In this document: positions 25,435-37,330 of the stretch, piece by piece
Layout of the letters: every line of letters begins with the position of its first letter
How positions within the stretch are numbered: position 1 is the stretch's first letter
Assembly: GCF_036321535.1 (NCBI RefSeq)
Contig: NC_087472.1
Coordinates: 95,606,001-95,670,000, forward strand
DNA from: Camelus dromedarius
Taxonomy: Eukaryota
Direction: 5' to 3'
DNA: 64,000 nt
Notes under the pieces: generated by a model
What the model was told of the DNA's origin: nothing
The model's database searches: none
Seen by the model: only the letters and a program-made list of their open reading frames with translations
Made by a program: the position numbers and the translations under genes

Positions 25435-25945
25435 TGTGAGAGTCAGCAATCAAGATGGTCCCCAATGGTTCCCACCTCCTGATATTCACATCCTTGTGTA
25501 GTCCTCTCCCACAATGCACCAGGGTTGCTCTCTGCAATAGAACATGACAGAGATGATGGTATGTCCCTTCCAAAATTAAGTTATGAAAGACTGCTATTTT
25601 GTCTTGGCCTCTCTCTCTATCTCACTCTTGCTCTCTCACCAGCTCTGGAAAAATGCAGCTGCCAGGTCTTGAAGACATTCACGCAGCCCTGTGTAAAGGC
25701 CCACATGGCCAGAAATTGAGGTCTCCAGCCAACAGCCACATGAGTGATCTTGGAAGGAGATTCTCCAGCTTCAGATGACTGCACCCCAGTTAACAGCTCA
25801 ACTCCAACTTCACAAGAGACCCTGAGCCAGAACCACCCAGCTGAGCCACTCCCATATTCCTGCCCCTCAGAAACTGTGTATTAAAACATTTTTTGTGTGT
25901 GTTTTGAGATGCCAAGCTCTGTGGTATCTTGTCACACAGTAATCA
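25435..25945 (+). mobile_element. MaLR solo LTR (MLT1F-like), probably inside an older ERVL LTR (~25300-26245)
   Basis: aagatggtccccaatggttcccacctcctgatattcac..gagaccctgagccagaaccacccagctgagccactccc. Confidence 0.8.
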
Positions 25946-26249
25946 GAAGTCCAAAGCCAACCAGTGAGGTGGTCTCTGGCACCTCAGGGGTGCTCTGGAG
26001 TTCAAGTTCCTCCTCATAGTTGCCCTGATTGGAGACATAAGGGAACTGGAGCTTTCAAACTCTAACTCCCATCAGGTAAGAGCCATCCTGGGAAACATGA
26101 ATTCCCAGGCACCTCTATCACTCTGCATGTGAGGGGCAAACATGCGGGCAGTCCACAGAGAATGAGCCATAGGTGTTGTTTTGGTTGTTAAATTTTTAAA
26201 AGCTTTTTTTGGATCTGGATACAGCACTGACATAATCCACTATACGCTA

Positions 26250-26685
26250 TTTTTTGAAATACAGTTGACATATAACACGTGTAAGTTTAAGGTGTACATC
26301 ATGTTAATCTGACACATTTATACATCACAATGATTACCACCAAAGCATTAGCTCACACCTCTCACATCACATAATCAGCACTTCTTTTCTGTGGTGAGAA
26401 TGACTAAAATCTAGTGTCTTAGCAACTCTGAAGTTTGTAATACAGTATTGTTGTCTATAATCACTACACTGTGCATCAGATCTCCAGGAATTATTTATCT
26501 ACTAGTCGCAAGTTTTTACCCTTCAACATCCTGTGCCCAATTCCTCTACCCCTTGCCCCCTCAGCCCCTGGTAACCACCATTCTATTCTCCGTGTTTACA
26601 ATCTTGGCTTTTTTAGACTCTACATTCAAGTGAGATCATACAGTATTTGTCTTTCTCTGTCTGACTTATCTCACTTATCACAATG
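26250..26685 (-). mobile_element. L1 3' end (L1MA9-like)
   Basis: gttgacatataaca..taagtttaaggtgtaca..ggtaaccaccattctattctc..gtgagatcatacagtatttgtcttt. Confidence 0.9.
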
Positions 26686-27499
26686 GACTCTTGGCCATTT
26701 CTGACTTCGTCAAATGTACAGATACATGTTTAAAGCAGAATTTGAGTGTACAGGCTTGCAACATGTTGTAAATGAAATTAACTTACCAACAAGGCTCAGC
26801 ATTCCAATTTCACATACTACACATGTCCCAAAGACAAGGTAAACATTAAGAAGGCTCACTACGAAAATTAGGTATTTCTGCCCTTAGATAATCTAGCATG
26901 AAGACAATCAGTAAAACCACTGCACCAGTTACAGATGTTAAAATAAATGATGAAAAACTGTATAAAGCTTTTGCATGGCCACAGATATCGACTTTCTCAG
27001 GTACAGTGTTCTAGCCTCCAAAGTGCATAAATTTAGGATAGTATTATAAAGGTTGATAATAAATCCTTCAATAAATCAAATAACAAACTAAGGATCTGTT
27101 CCCTAACCAATATTAAAACTTCTAAATCAACCTTGCCATTTTTAAAGAAAAACTGAAACAGTGATCATCTCTAAATAATAAATACATTTATCCCACTTTT
27201 CCTCTAGTTTATAAGGAACTCAAACTGGACCACAGAACCTGGCACAATTGTAATCCTGCCAAGCATTAATCATATCAGAGCCTGTTTCAAGTTGCCACAA
27301 GGGCAAAATGAAAATAGAGTGGACTCAGCAGGGCTGGAGCACAAAGCTGTCAGGACACGGCTCTGGCATGTCAAAGTTTAGGTCCCCAGGACTCTGCAAA
27401 ATACAAAGGGATGCTGAAGCACCAGGGAGAATGCCAGTTCACACGGATCCCTTTGAGATCTTTCTGCATCCTCAAGCATCACACACACACACACAGTGC

Positions 27500-28000
27500 C
27501 GGACATTTATTAATTTACCCTCAGATCCATTTCCTGTTCTTGCCCCACTGCTCTCCATATCACAGAGAGGCTGACTCCTACCGACCGATCTCTGCAGTCA
27601 ACGGGTTTCTGGCTTGTTTCAGTCAATGGGAGGCACAGTCAGAAGACTGGAGGGTAGGAGAATGGGAGAAACCAGGGATCCTCTACTCAACTGTCTCTTT
27701 GCGGCAAGGTAGCAACTATATCTCTATGGCTCCAGCTCCACTGGACAACCCCTACCATCCTAGCTCCTGCCAGGGGATCCTCCACTTCTGTGCTCTGATA
27801 ACACTCCCGATTCCTGCCGCCTTTCAGCCAAGGCGTAGGAGCAGCTTCCTAATGGGGTTCATTTCTGTGTTGCCTCACAATCCCCTGTTTGGCCTCTCCA
27901 TTTTTCCACCACCTGTGTAACCAATTCCCTGTATTGGTTTTCCTCTATTTGAAATCCCTGAAGTGGTTTCTGTTTTTCTCATTGAACCCTCATCCACATA
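27500..28000 (+). mobile_element. ERVL solo LTR (LTR41-like)
   Basis: tcagtcaatgggaggcac..acctgtgtaaccaattccctgtatt..gtggtttctgttttt. Confidence 0.65.
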
Positions 28001-28469
28001 CTGGTCACATCTAGACCCAGATGTGGATTTCAACACTGGTATGTGGGTTTCAACAGCCAAACTACTCTTACTAATTCGAGAGGAAGCAACAAGCTGTTTT
28101 TGGGCCCCAGCTATGTGCGTGCCTGCCATTGTGCTGGGCACCACAGGTGGGAGCTCCTCACATCCACTACCCAAAAAGGTTTGTGGAATAATTCATTTTG
28201 GTGCTTCCAGTTAAGGTCTTCAAGTTGTTCTCAATTTCTCAATATTCATCTAAAGCTCTTATTCCTATATTAAACCACTTTATTCCCAAATTATCTAGAA
28301 TGGCTCTGTTTTATTGACCAACTCCAGATTAACACATCATATAAGTGTATTTGAAGTACGCTGTGTCAAAACCTAGCCAAATAGTCTTCCATCTGAGATG
28401 TGAGTTGCCTTTATATGACATTCCTTCTTCTCTCAAAGTAACTAGCATTATTCAAGCATATACTATAAA

Positions 28470-28857
28470 CTGTCCAGCTCCATATTATTCTGATCCTTTC
28501 TTGTCTTCTTTTACTATAAAGTCAGGACCGCTGAAAGCTCACCTTCTCCAACTCCCTCACATCTCGAGGTGACCATGTGACTCAGTTCTGTCCAAACAAA
28601 TACAAGTAAAAGTCAACTGGCGCACCTTCCCCTCTTCCCTCTTCCTCTGGTCTGGATCTTCCACTGTGCTCAAAGTGAAATAGCCATGGATTATGATAGT
28701 ACAGCAGGAAGAGAAGAAGAATTTTATTCCTTGATGGTATCCTCGAGCTGCTTTCTCCCAGACTTCTGAAGCCTTAGACAAATAATCCCATTAATTTTTT
28801 AAAAACACTGTCAGTTTTTCTGGGATTTTCTGCCGAATGCAATCCCTCACTGACACA
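28470..28857 (+). mobile_element. Old ERVL/MaLR solo LTR
   Basis: gtgaccatgtgactcagttctgtccaa; ends gaatgcaatccctcactgacaca. Confidence 0.55.
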
Positions 28858-29571
28858 ATTAGGTGTAAAGAAGAAACTGCTATTTTTTAAAAATCAGATT
28901 AGCTTAAATTTATTGAGTCTCAAAATACATCCCCTGCTGGGTAAAAGCCGTGTGTGTCTTCTAATTTCCCCCCTGTAATCATTATTTAGAACAATGCATC
29001 TTTACCAAGCATGAAAATAACTTTCTTTGCAGTTGGAGTTTACTTTACAAAATAGACACATTACTAGTAAAGTCAACTGAAAATTTAATTATATTTTAAT
29101 GTACAGCAGAAAAATTTTTTATTTAAAATAAACTGTGGGTGAATAGTCTCATAATATAAACGCTATTTAAATTTATCTTAAATCCAAATGTTCAAATATC
29201 AGATTAGCTTTACATGGGACCTGAATAGATGGCTCTACTTTATAGGTTTTCATACTGAGCTAAGAATTTAATAGAAATATGTTTTCTTCATAAAAGAATA
29301 TCAGACCAGTAAGTGTATGTGGAGGTGTCCAAAGTCTAGAGCAGGATAGATTTTCCCACCTGAGGGGCTTCTCAAGCTAAAAAGCAGGTGTCATATGCTG
29401 CTAGATGCCCCCAATTGTCTTTGGGGAGCAACAATTTCTCCTTCCCTTTGGTTTTGCCATCACAGTGAGTGCAGCCCACAGAAGAGGTAGGGAGACTGCA
29501 GATAGGAATGGTGCTGTGGGTGTCATTCTTTGATCCTCCATCTCCCACTTTCTAAGCATTCATTTCTCTCC

Positions 29572-29690
29572 TTTTTTTTTTTCTTTTTGCTGTTGTTGTT
29601 GGTATTGCTGTTAATGGAGGTACTGGGGATTGAATCCAGGACCTTGTGCAGGCTAAGCATGCGCTCTACCTCTGAGCTATCCCCTCTCAC
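29572..29690 (-). mobile_element. tRNA-Ala-derived SINE (camelid Vic-1-like), short form
   Basis: Reverse complement reads gatagctcagaggtagagcgcatgcttagcctgcacaaggtcctggattcaatccccagtacctcca, followed by an A-rich tail. Confidence 0.9.
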
Positions 29691-29884
29691 CTCGTCTCTC
29701 TTCTTAATAAGCCAGCAACTTGCTCCTTGGTAACATCTTTTCTATGGAAGACTTAACCCAAATGATAGACATCCTGTCCCACTAACAAGAAGTTCTTCTC
29801 CACCAAGCCTTACAGGAGACTAGAGAAAACAAGGAAAAATTAAACCAAAAATACACAGTGATTTCCCCCAATACAAGACTCTGG

Positions 29885-30130
29885 TCCAGTGCCTAGTGTT
29901 TCATACTTGGACCACTGCCAAATTCTTTAGTTGGTCTTCTTAAATTCAGACTCTTCCATTCATTCTTTTAGCCCTCGTATTTTCAAATGAATCTTAACTA
30001 AAATGCTACATTCATCAAGATCTGTTTGTCCAAAAGTTTTCCGTAGCTCCCTGTGATCTACCACACCAAACTTCAGTTCTTTTATTTGGTTTTCAAAGCT
30101 TTTAATGGCATTCCTCCTTCTAACCTAACC
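29885..30130 (+). mobile_element. L2 fragment
   Basis: Degenerate L2-like sequence (cttggaccactgcc..tagttggtctt; ttcaaagctttt). Confidence 0.45.
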
Positions 30131-30154
30131 AGTCAAATATACACTTGTCTTTCT

Positions 30155-30650
30155 TGTATCATTTTGTATGCTTTGGGTTGCAAATTAAAAAAACAAAGAA
30201 AGAAAATTCACACAGCTCCATTGGCTTTATTAATTAATGAAGTGACAGAAATTACAATATTGATTAATTCAACATCTTAACAACATCATCAAGGACTCTG
30301 GTCTCTTTTTCTCCTCCCTAATGTCCCAAGCCCATCAGCCCATCCTCAGCAGGGAACCTATCCTCAGGATCACATTCCTGTGCTCAAGTCTCCACACGCA
30401 ACAATGTCCAGTGCAAGAAGAGAAAGCATTTCTACCTCTTGTTCTCTTTTCAACAATTAGAAGGCTTTCCTGGAAGTCCCCACAATGTCCCCTCATGACT
30501 CCTTGGCTCTGTATAATGTGCCCATGCAAAAACTTGGCAAGAGGAGAGGGACCACCATGACTGTATAAGGGAGGGTCGGAAAAAAATTAGACTCTTCCAG
30601 CCAGGAAGAAGAGGGAATGACTGTAGGATAGGCAACCACAACATTTACAA
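30155..30650 (-). mobile_element. Old MaLR/ERVL solo LTR
   Basis: caacatcatcaaggactctgg..; terminal ggataggcaaccacaacatttaca. Confidence 0.55.
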
Positions 30651-30959
30651 TATCTCAGCTTGTTTTTGTCCCTACAGACACCCTCACCTCAATGTTTGTG
30701 CCTTCATTCTTGCTTTCAACATCTTGTGTCCTCCTTCCTCCCTTTCACCATGCAAATGCTTTCCATTCCCAAAGACCATGGAAATGTAAGAAAGTGACAC
30801 TGAGAGGTCAAATAGCCAGGGTTAGATAGCCAGAAAGAGGCCAAATTGGGTTAAAGCCCAGAACTTTCTAACCCAAGATGATGTGTGCCCCTTCTGCCCT
30901 CTAAGACCCATCTTCTCTGTAAAATCTCCAGCTGACATATCATTTTTCCAATTTTGTTT

Positions 30960-32220
30960 GTTTCAAGATGGCAACTCGATCCCATGCAATTAACTTCTTT
31001 CTCTCCCAAATTCTCATGATCATAAGCAAAGAAACAGATTACATGTGAAAACCTATAGCAACCCTAGGAAACATGGAAGGGTGGCATGTTGTGCAGATGG
31101 AACTGGATTAAGGAAAGGATATACCAGTGGGTTAACACATGGGGAATAACGGATAAAATTTCATAGATACTCCCGAGGTTAGAGCAGTTCTAAATAGGAA
31201 CAGGTAAGCTGTGGGCCACATGGGAAAGAAAAAACTCAAACATCTGTAGAGGCATACAAGTACTTGCACATGGGGCAGAGAGAGACTAGTGGACATTACT
31301 GCTAGGCTCAGCTTGGTGAGACAAAGGGGCTAAGAAAAGCAACAGCATTGCCCTAGAAGACTGTTAACAAGGACCATCATGATTTGGGAAGAAGTGGGGC
31401 AGGACTCATCATTTGCTACAACAAACATGAAAGAGAAAATACTCAGCCAAGCAGTTCACTTCCCTGCCCCATGTCTACCTTCTTTCTAAAACACTTTTTC
31501 TGTTCCTTCCAGTCAAGTGAAATCCCTATTTATCAAAGTAAAACAATACAAAATATAAACTTTTCCTTGTGCCTCGGATTAAAATATTTAAACTGGGACC
31601 CATATAGTCTCTGACTTGTCAGTCCCAGTAATGGTTAAGCGTAAATATCAAGAAAGACAAACAGAAAAAACTTACAGAATGGAGAGAGAGAGGGAGAGTG
31701 AAAGCTCAATTTATAAAGACCCTGTAAGGATTCAGGACAAAAAAGTTTTAAGAGACTTCTTTTAAAAACTAAAGGAGGAGAAGAGGGTATAGTGTAGTGG
31801 CAGAGTATGTAGTTAGCATGAACGAGGTCCTGGGTTCAGTCCCCAGTACCTCCATTTTTTAAAAAATTAATAATAAATAAATAAACCTAATTATCCACCC
31901 CCAATTTTTTTAAATAAATAAATAATATAAAAAGTAAAGGCGGACAATGTCAAAATCTGTCATTTGGAATTATAATAAAATTTGAAATGACATTTTATTT
32001 CTAAAAACAGAAGCATCCTAAGGACAGGAATGATTGCTTCTGGATGAAAAAATATACTGGAGATAGGGGTCCTGCTGCAGAAAACTAAACTAGAGAATTA
32101 AAATGAGTTTGAGAAATATTTCCCAATATCAGAAAAAACTGATAAAAAGATAAACGCCATGGGAAAATGTAGAGGACATGGAGGATGAATCTAGGAAACT
32201 ACCTATCTGAACTGTAAACG
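30960..32220 (+). mobile_element. Ancient L1-5'/HAL1-like remnant
   Basis: Starts ttcaagatggc; ORF1-like gaggacatggaggatgaatctagg at ~32170. Confidence 0.4.
31780..31928 (+). mobile_element. tRNA-Ala-derived SINE (Vic-1-like), long form
   Basis: A/B boxes; TSD aaaaactaaaggagga (31764-31779) / aaaaagtaaaggcgga (31929-31944). Confidence 0.92.
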
Positions 32221-32602
32221 AGATGTCATTTGGCCCCCTTGCTCCTTGAGGGACTAGGTATAATTAGCTTGGATCCTGCTATTTCCATGACCCGTGAAAG
32301 GCCAATGTAATCCCCTCACCTCCTGCTCACTAGAAGTTTAAGTTCCCAGTGCTCTTCTGGCCAAATTTCCATCAAACTGGACAGGATTCAACCCCTTTAA
32401 CAGCTCCACCGGAAGTCCATGCAGTAGTATATGAATATATTTGAGACTCATTATCATTTCCCTTTTCAATGCCTTCCTCCTCTTTTTCCTTCTCCCATCT
32501 CTGTTCCTCACCCCTACCCTTCCAAATTGCCCTTATCCCTTCATTCATTCAGTAAATATCCATTATGCTGGCAAAATAACAGTGACCAAGACTGGCAAGT
32601 CT

Positions 32603-32762
32603 GGGGTGGGGGAAGGACATAGCTCAGTGGTAGAGTGCGTGCTTAGCATGCATGAGGTCGTGGGTTTAATCCCCAGTAACTTCATTACAAATAAATACCT
32701 AATTACGTTCCCTCCACCAAACAAAAACAAAAACAAAAACAAAAACAAAAACAAAAACAAAA
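32603..32762 (+). mobile_element. tRNA-Ala-derived SINE (Vic-1-like) with (AAAAAC)n tail
   Basis: tagctcagtggtagagtgcgtgcttagcatgcatgagg; TSD core gcaagtct on both sides. Confidence 0.93.
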
Positions 32763-33142
32763 AAACAGCAAGTCTCTGCCCTCATGGAACTTACATCCTA
32801 GTGGAAGGATACAGGTGACAATCAACAAGTAGATAAAGCTAGAAGATGTGTTAGTTGTCCAGGGCTGCCATAACAAATCGCCACAAACTGGGTAGCTTTA
32901 AGCAACAGAAATGTATTCTCTCATGGTTCTGGAGGCTAGAAGTCTGAAATCAAGACGTCAGTCAGCAAGGCCATGTTCCCTCTAAAGGCTCTACAGAAGA
33001 GTCCTTCCCTGCTTCTCCTGTCTTTTGGTAGTGGCCAGTAATCCTTGGCATTCCTTGTCTGTGACAGCACAACTACAGTGTCTCTCCATCTTCACATGGC
33101 CCTCTTTCCCTGAATGTCTCCTCTGTGAATCTGTATCACTCT

Positions 33143-33228
33143 TTTTTTTTTAGTGGAGGTACTGGGGATTGAACCCAGGACCTTGTGCATGCTAAGCACG
33201 TGCTCTACCACTGAGTTATACCCATCCA
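33143..33228 (-). mobile_element. tRNA-Ala-derived SINE (Vic-1-like), short form
   Basis: Reverse tRNA-like body; TSD ctgtatcactct (33131) / ctgtaacactct (33229). Confidence 0.92.
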
Positions 33229-33364
33229 CTGTAACACTCTCTTTTAATGAGGACACCAGTCATTGGATTTAGGGCCTACGCTAACCTCACCTTAATTTGA
33301 TTATGTCTGCAAAGGTCCCATTTCCAAATAAGGTCACAATCATAGGTCCCAGAGGTTAGGATTT

Positions 33365-33749
33365 TATTATGGGATGAACTGTGCCCCCCCATTCATATGT
33401 TGAAGTCCTAACTGCTATTACCTCAGTATGTAACTGTATTTGGAGATAGGGCCTTTAAAGAGGTAATTAAGGTTAAATGAGGTCACTGGAGTGGACCCTG
33501 ATTCAATCTGACTGGTGTCCTTATAAGAAGAGGAGGTTAGGACACACCCACATGCAAAGAGACGACCATGTGAGGACACAGGAAGAAGACAGTCGTCTAT
33601 ATGCCAAGGGGAGAGTACTCAGAAGAAACCAACCCTGCCTACACCTTGATCTTTGACTTCCAGCCTCCGGAAGTGTGAAGAATAAATTTCTACTGTTTAA
33701 GCCACCAAGTCTGTGGTATTGGTTATGGCAGCCCCAGCAGACTAACACA
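33365..33749 (+). mobile_element. MLT1B-like solo LTR
   Basis: 385 bp ending actaacaca; perfect 5-bp TSD gattt at 33360-33364 / 33750-33754. Confidence 0.92.
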
Positions 33750-34024
33750 GATTTCAACATATCCTTTTGGGGGACACAATTCAACCCACAATAGGTAGTG
33801 ATAAGTGCTCTAAAAACCAATCAAATAAAGAAGGAGGACAGTGAGAGGAAGGAGTGGGCAAAAGAATTCACTTCTCCCCATCTCTAATCCCAAACCTGCT
33901 TATCCAAAAACTATTAAGGTGCAGCAGAACAAAGAGCTCTTTATATAACTGGATCTACTTTTCTTGGAAGGTAATGGCGGGGGGGGGGGGGGAATAGCAG
34001 AAAGTTCTGTTAAATGGCATCAAC

Positions 34025-34240
34025 AATTATTGAGCACTTATTGTCAGGCAGTATGCCAAACTTCAGCCTCATGATCTCATTTAATCCTTATAACGACCCT
34101 ATGCATTGAGGACTATTATTTTCTCCATTTTACAGATGAGAAAATAGAGGCTTAAGAGGGTCAGATGGCTGACCCAAGTCCAAATACCTAGAACCTAGAC
34201 CCTCTAACCCCAAAGTCTTCCCTCTCAACCACTCTGACAT
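34025..34240 (-). mobile_element. MIR SINE
   Basis: tctcatttaatccttataacgaccctat..ccattttacagatgagaaaatagaggct. Confidence 0.85.
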
Positions 34241-34973
34241 ACCACTTCCTCTTTATGTACAGGTTATAAGTGAGAACTTGTTATGCAGAACACTCTTTAG
34301 GATCAAGAGTTTCTTTCAAACCTAAGAGTACTGTGTAACTGCGTATCAGATGTATGTATGACTGTACTGCATATCAGATATATATATAGCTCTCCCTGTT
34401 TCCTGTTTTCAAATGCCTTCAGAAGGGATTAATGGAAATACTCAGTACCCTTTCTTATATTACAAATCAATTTCTTTTAGCCATGGAGAACGACCCAAGG
34501 ACCCATGCACTCTCAAAGTCAAAGTCAGGGCTTCTCCAAAGCCAAGCTCTTTTTCAGACACTTTGCCCTCCTATGACAAACTGATCCCAGACACAAGTCC
34601 TTGCCACACTCTAAACTCACCGAGGAGCTACGGATGAAGGTAGATACCTTCAAAGTACAGATTTCAATAATCAACTCCATGCCACCCAAAACACATTTAT
34701 TAAACAGCTTAGACTGAAATAAAAACCCTAAAAACGCTGCTCACCTAGGGGATTCTTCAGTTCATTGCATTACTGTGCTACTAAGGAGGGCTCAAGCAGA
34801 CCAGGAATACACTAAAATCCCTAGCTTAGCAAATGCCCTTCAGGAAACACAACGCCGGGTCTTCAAAATGAAGACAGCCACTCTCAAAACCAGACAAAAC
34901 AGAAATTCTATACCAAAGGCCTGGAAAATGGTCCTGCCACCATGAAAAATAAGTCATAATTAAAGGGAAATGA

Positions 34974-35110
34974 AAGGGAGAGTATAGCTCAGGGGTAGTG
35001 TACCTGCTTAGCATGCACAAGGTCCTGGGTTCAATCCCCAGAACCTCCATTTAAATAAATAAATAAACCTAATTACCTTCTCCCCAAAATAAATAAATGT
35101 TTTTAAAAAA
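34974..35110 (+). mobile_element. tRNA-Ala-derived SINE (Vic-1-like), long form
   Basis: gtatagctcaggggtag..ggtcctgggttcaatcccca..aataaacctaattacc. Confidence 0.93.
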
Positions 35111-35305
35111 TACAGCAAGTTTATACTGTATAGCACAGGGAACTATATTCAATATCTTGTAGTAACTTAAAATGAAAAAGAATATGAAAATGATTATACA
35201 TATGACCGAAACATTATGCTGTACACCAGAAATTGATACAACACTGTAAACTGACTATATTTCATTTTTTTAATTTTTAAAAATTAAAAATAATAATAAA
35301 ACAAA
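35111..35305 (+). mobile_element. L1 3' terminus directly abutting the SINE
   Basis: caagtttatactgtatagcacagggaactatattcaatatcttg..ctgactatatttca plus an A-rich tail. Confidence 0.92.
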
Positions 35306-36749
35306 GAGAAAGGAAAATACTGGCGGAGAAACTCACGCTGTGAAGCGATGGAGCACCAGTCACAGTTTCAAACTGGAGACTGGGAGGAGGGACCGCCCTT
35401 CCCAGCCCTTCCCACTGAGTAACATTCATAGCTATTACATTCTTGCTGTATGGAGCAAGCATCTATAGATGTCTTGAGAATACATCCAATATAGAAAAAG
35501 GCCTGTTGTTTTGGCTTCCTTACCACTCAACTATTGATGTTTTAGGAGAGTAATTGAACTTCTCAGTACTAACTTGTTTTCCCCGTGAACTAGTATCCCC
35601 CAAAGATAAGTGAGTTTTCAGGGCATACATGAAAGTAACTGTAAATCCAGTGCCTGAATGGCATTTGGATTTTATCAGTCATTGGAGGAGAAGGAGGCAG
35701 CCGAGCTGTAAAGCATTTCCTCTGGTTTAAATCTGTCCTTGCCTCATCTTAGACACATGCATGCACATCTTGCAATCTGGCATTTTTTAAGAACAAGGAC
35801 AAAAAAGGGTATTTATTTTTGCCAACTAACAAGTGATATTTCTCCAAGAGAACTGCCATGATCCATCTGCCTGCACTGAAAAGCTGCTTTCATCCCACAC
35901 AGTCCAGCTGTTATTCTCAGGTTGCTGAAATAATGAGCAACATCAAAAAACAGAGTTGAAATCAGCCACCAAGACTCACGACCACGTTTGGTCCCATGCA
36001 AATTTAGAGCCTCAGTGGGAATGGTGATGTTCCTTTCCGCCAGTACCCCCACCCTTAGCACCTACAGTACCCCCTTTAAGCACTATCAGGTTATTAGGGC
36101 AACTGGGCAAACCATGGGTCAGCGTTCCCCTAGCACTACCACCAGGACACAAAAATTAGTCTGTCTTAACATCTCTCTGATGTTTCCTTCATGTCTCAGC
36201 GGCAAAATGGCCAGTGTCTGAGTTAATGAAACAGCACTTCTGACAGACTGCACTTTTCATCTAGACAGATCACTGTTCAGAGTCCCACACTCCTTCTAGC
36301 CATGTGACCAGTTCTCTTGTCACGGTGAGTTCACTACCAGCATTTAGCAGCTGTCTCTTAAGTGCTAGTTATGTGGCAGGCCCTGTGCTACAGGTTAGGG
36401 CTAAGCATGTTTTCATCATCCCTAACCATAAGGTCCCCATCCTCAGAGAGCTGACCTTTGAGAAGGAGAGATGGCCAGTCAGATAAGCAACTACAATAAA
36501 GTGGACTGGATGGTAAACAAAATCAGGGTGGCCATGGAAGCACACCCCCGGGGCAGCTAACTTTTCTACCTCACTTCTAACTGTAGAAGACGCTTCTTAG
36601 AAAAAGTGCATCTAAATTGAGACCTGAAGGATGAGTAGGAATCATCAGATGAAGGTGGCAGGAGGAGTGTTCCAGGCACGGGTAAAAACACAGGTGAAAG
36701 TTCAAAGGGGAAGGAGCACAAGTAGGTTGCAGTCATTAAAAGAAGTTCA

Positions 36750-36871
36750 AGGGGAGGGTATAGCTCAGTGGTAGAGCGCATGCTTGGCATGCATGAGGTC
36801 CTGGGTTCAAACCCCAGCACCTCCATTAAAAAATAAACCTAATCACTCCCCTCAAAAAAACACAAAAAAAC
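36750..36871 (+). mobile_element. tRNA-Ala-derived SINE (Vic-1-like), long form
   Basis: Perfect TSD aaaagaagttca at 36738-36749 / 36872-36883. Confidence 0.96.
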
Positions 36872-36885
36872 AAAAGAAGTTCAGT

Positions 36886-37115
36886 GAGAGTTTGGGGTTA
36901 GCAGATACAAATTATTATATACAGAATAGATAAACAACAGTCTTACTGTGTAGCATATATATTTATATATATATAAAACTGAATCACTATGCTGTACACC
37001 AGAAACTAACAAAACATTGTAAATCAACTATACTTCAATAAAATAAATAAATAAATAAATACAATGAAGGGGAAAAAATAATAAATGACTCCTATAGGTG
37101 CTGATAAAAAAAAAA
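36886..37115 (+). mobile_element. L1 3' end with probable 3' transduction
   Basis: L1 3'UTR, (TAAA)n tail, 45 nt non-L1 sequence with AATAAA at 37080-37085, second A run at 37106-37115. Confidence 0.85.
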
Positions 37116-37285
37116 GTTTAATATATCTGGCATGGAGTTCAAGAAGTCATGGCCCACTCTGCTTCCCTGGACAGCTCACTCTCCTACTCTGTAGAGGATC
37201 TGTTTCCTCCAACTTCAGAGTGTCCTCTAATCCAACATTCATCACCTTCCCTTAACTCTCAGAACATGATACCACCTACTATTTT

Positions 37286-37330
37286 TTTCTACTGAAGTAT
37301 AGTCAGTTTACAATGTTGTGTCAATTTCTA
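37286..37330 (-). mobile_element. 45-bp L1 3' terminus
   Basis: tgaagtatagtcagtttacaatgttgtgtcaatttct; perfect 18-bp TSD gataccacctactatttt at 37268-37285 / 37331-37348. Confidence 0.95.

Larger units (their letters stand above)
32847..33793 (-). mobile_element. MLT1C-like solo LTR, interrupted by a SINE and an MLT1B-like LTR
   Basis: tgtgttagtt..gggctgccataacaaa..ttctggaggctagaagtctgaaatcaag; ends ggggacacaattcaacccacaata. Confidence 0.88.
32540..33840 (-). mobile_element. L2 3' end, split by a SINE and MLT1 LTRs
   Basis: ttcattcattca..ctctgccctcatggaacttacatcctagtgg; resumes gtgataagtgctct at ~33798. Confidence 0.75.
36340..37140 (-). mobile_element. L2 fragment, split by a SINE and an L1
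   Basis: tatgtggcaggccctgtgcta..gagacctgaaggatgagtagga..gtgttccaggca. Confidence 0.75.

Noticed and set aside
26787..26892. Minus-strand exon-like segment (ctag|..TTG|gtaagt)
   Set aside because: Modest acceptor, stops in all frames and no other supporting signal; likely pseudo-exon.
27411..27920. 169-aa ORF
   Set aside because: It lies mostly in an ERVL-like LTR and has no recognisable protein motif; chance ORF.
33979..33992. Poly-G run as a G-quadruplex element
   Set aside because: A simple homopolymer whose length is unreliable in assemblies; no functional context.
36750..36830. tRNA-Ala-like sequences as genuine tRNA genes
   Set aside because: They have TSDs, A-rich tails and stem-breaking substitutions, so they are SINE copies. 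The recurring MEVLGIEPRT ORFs are their antisense translation.
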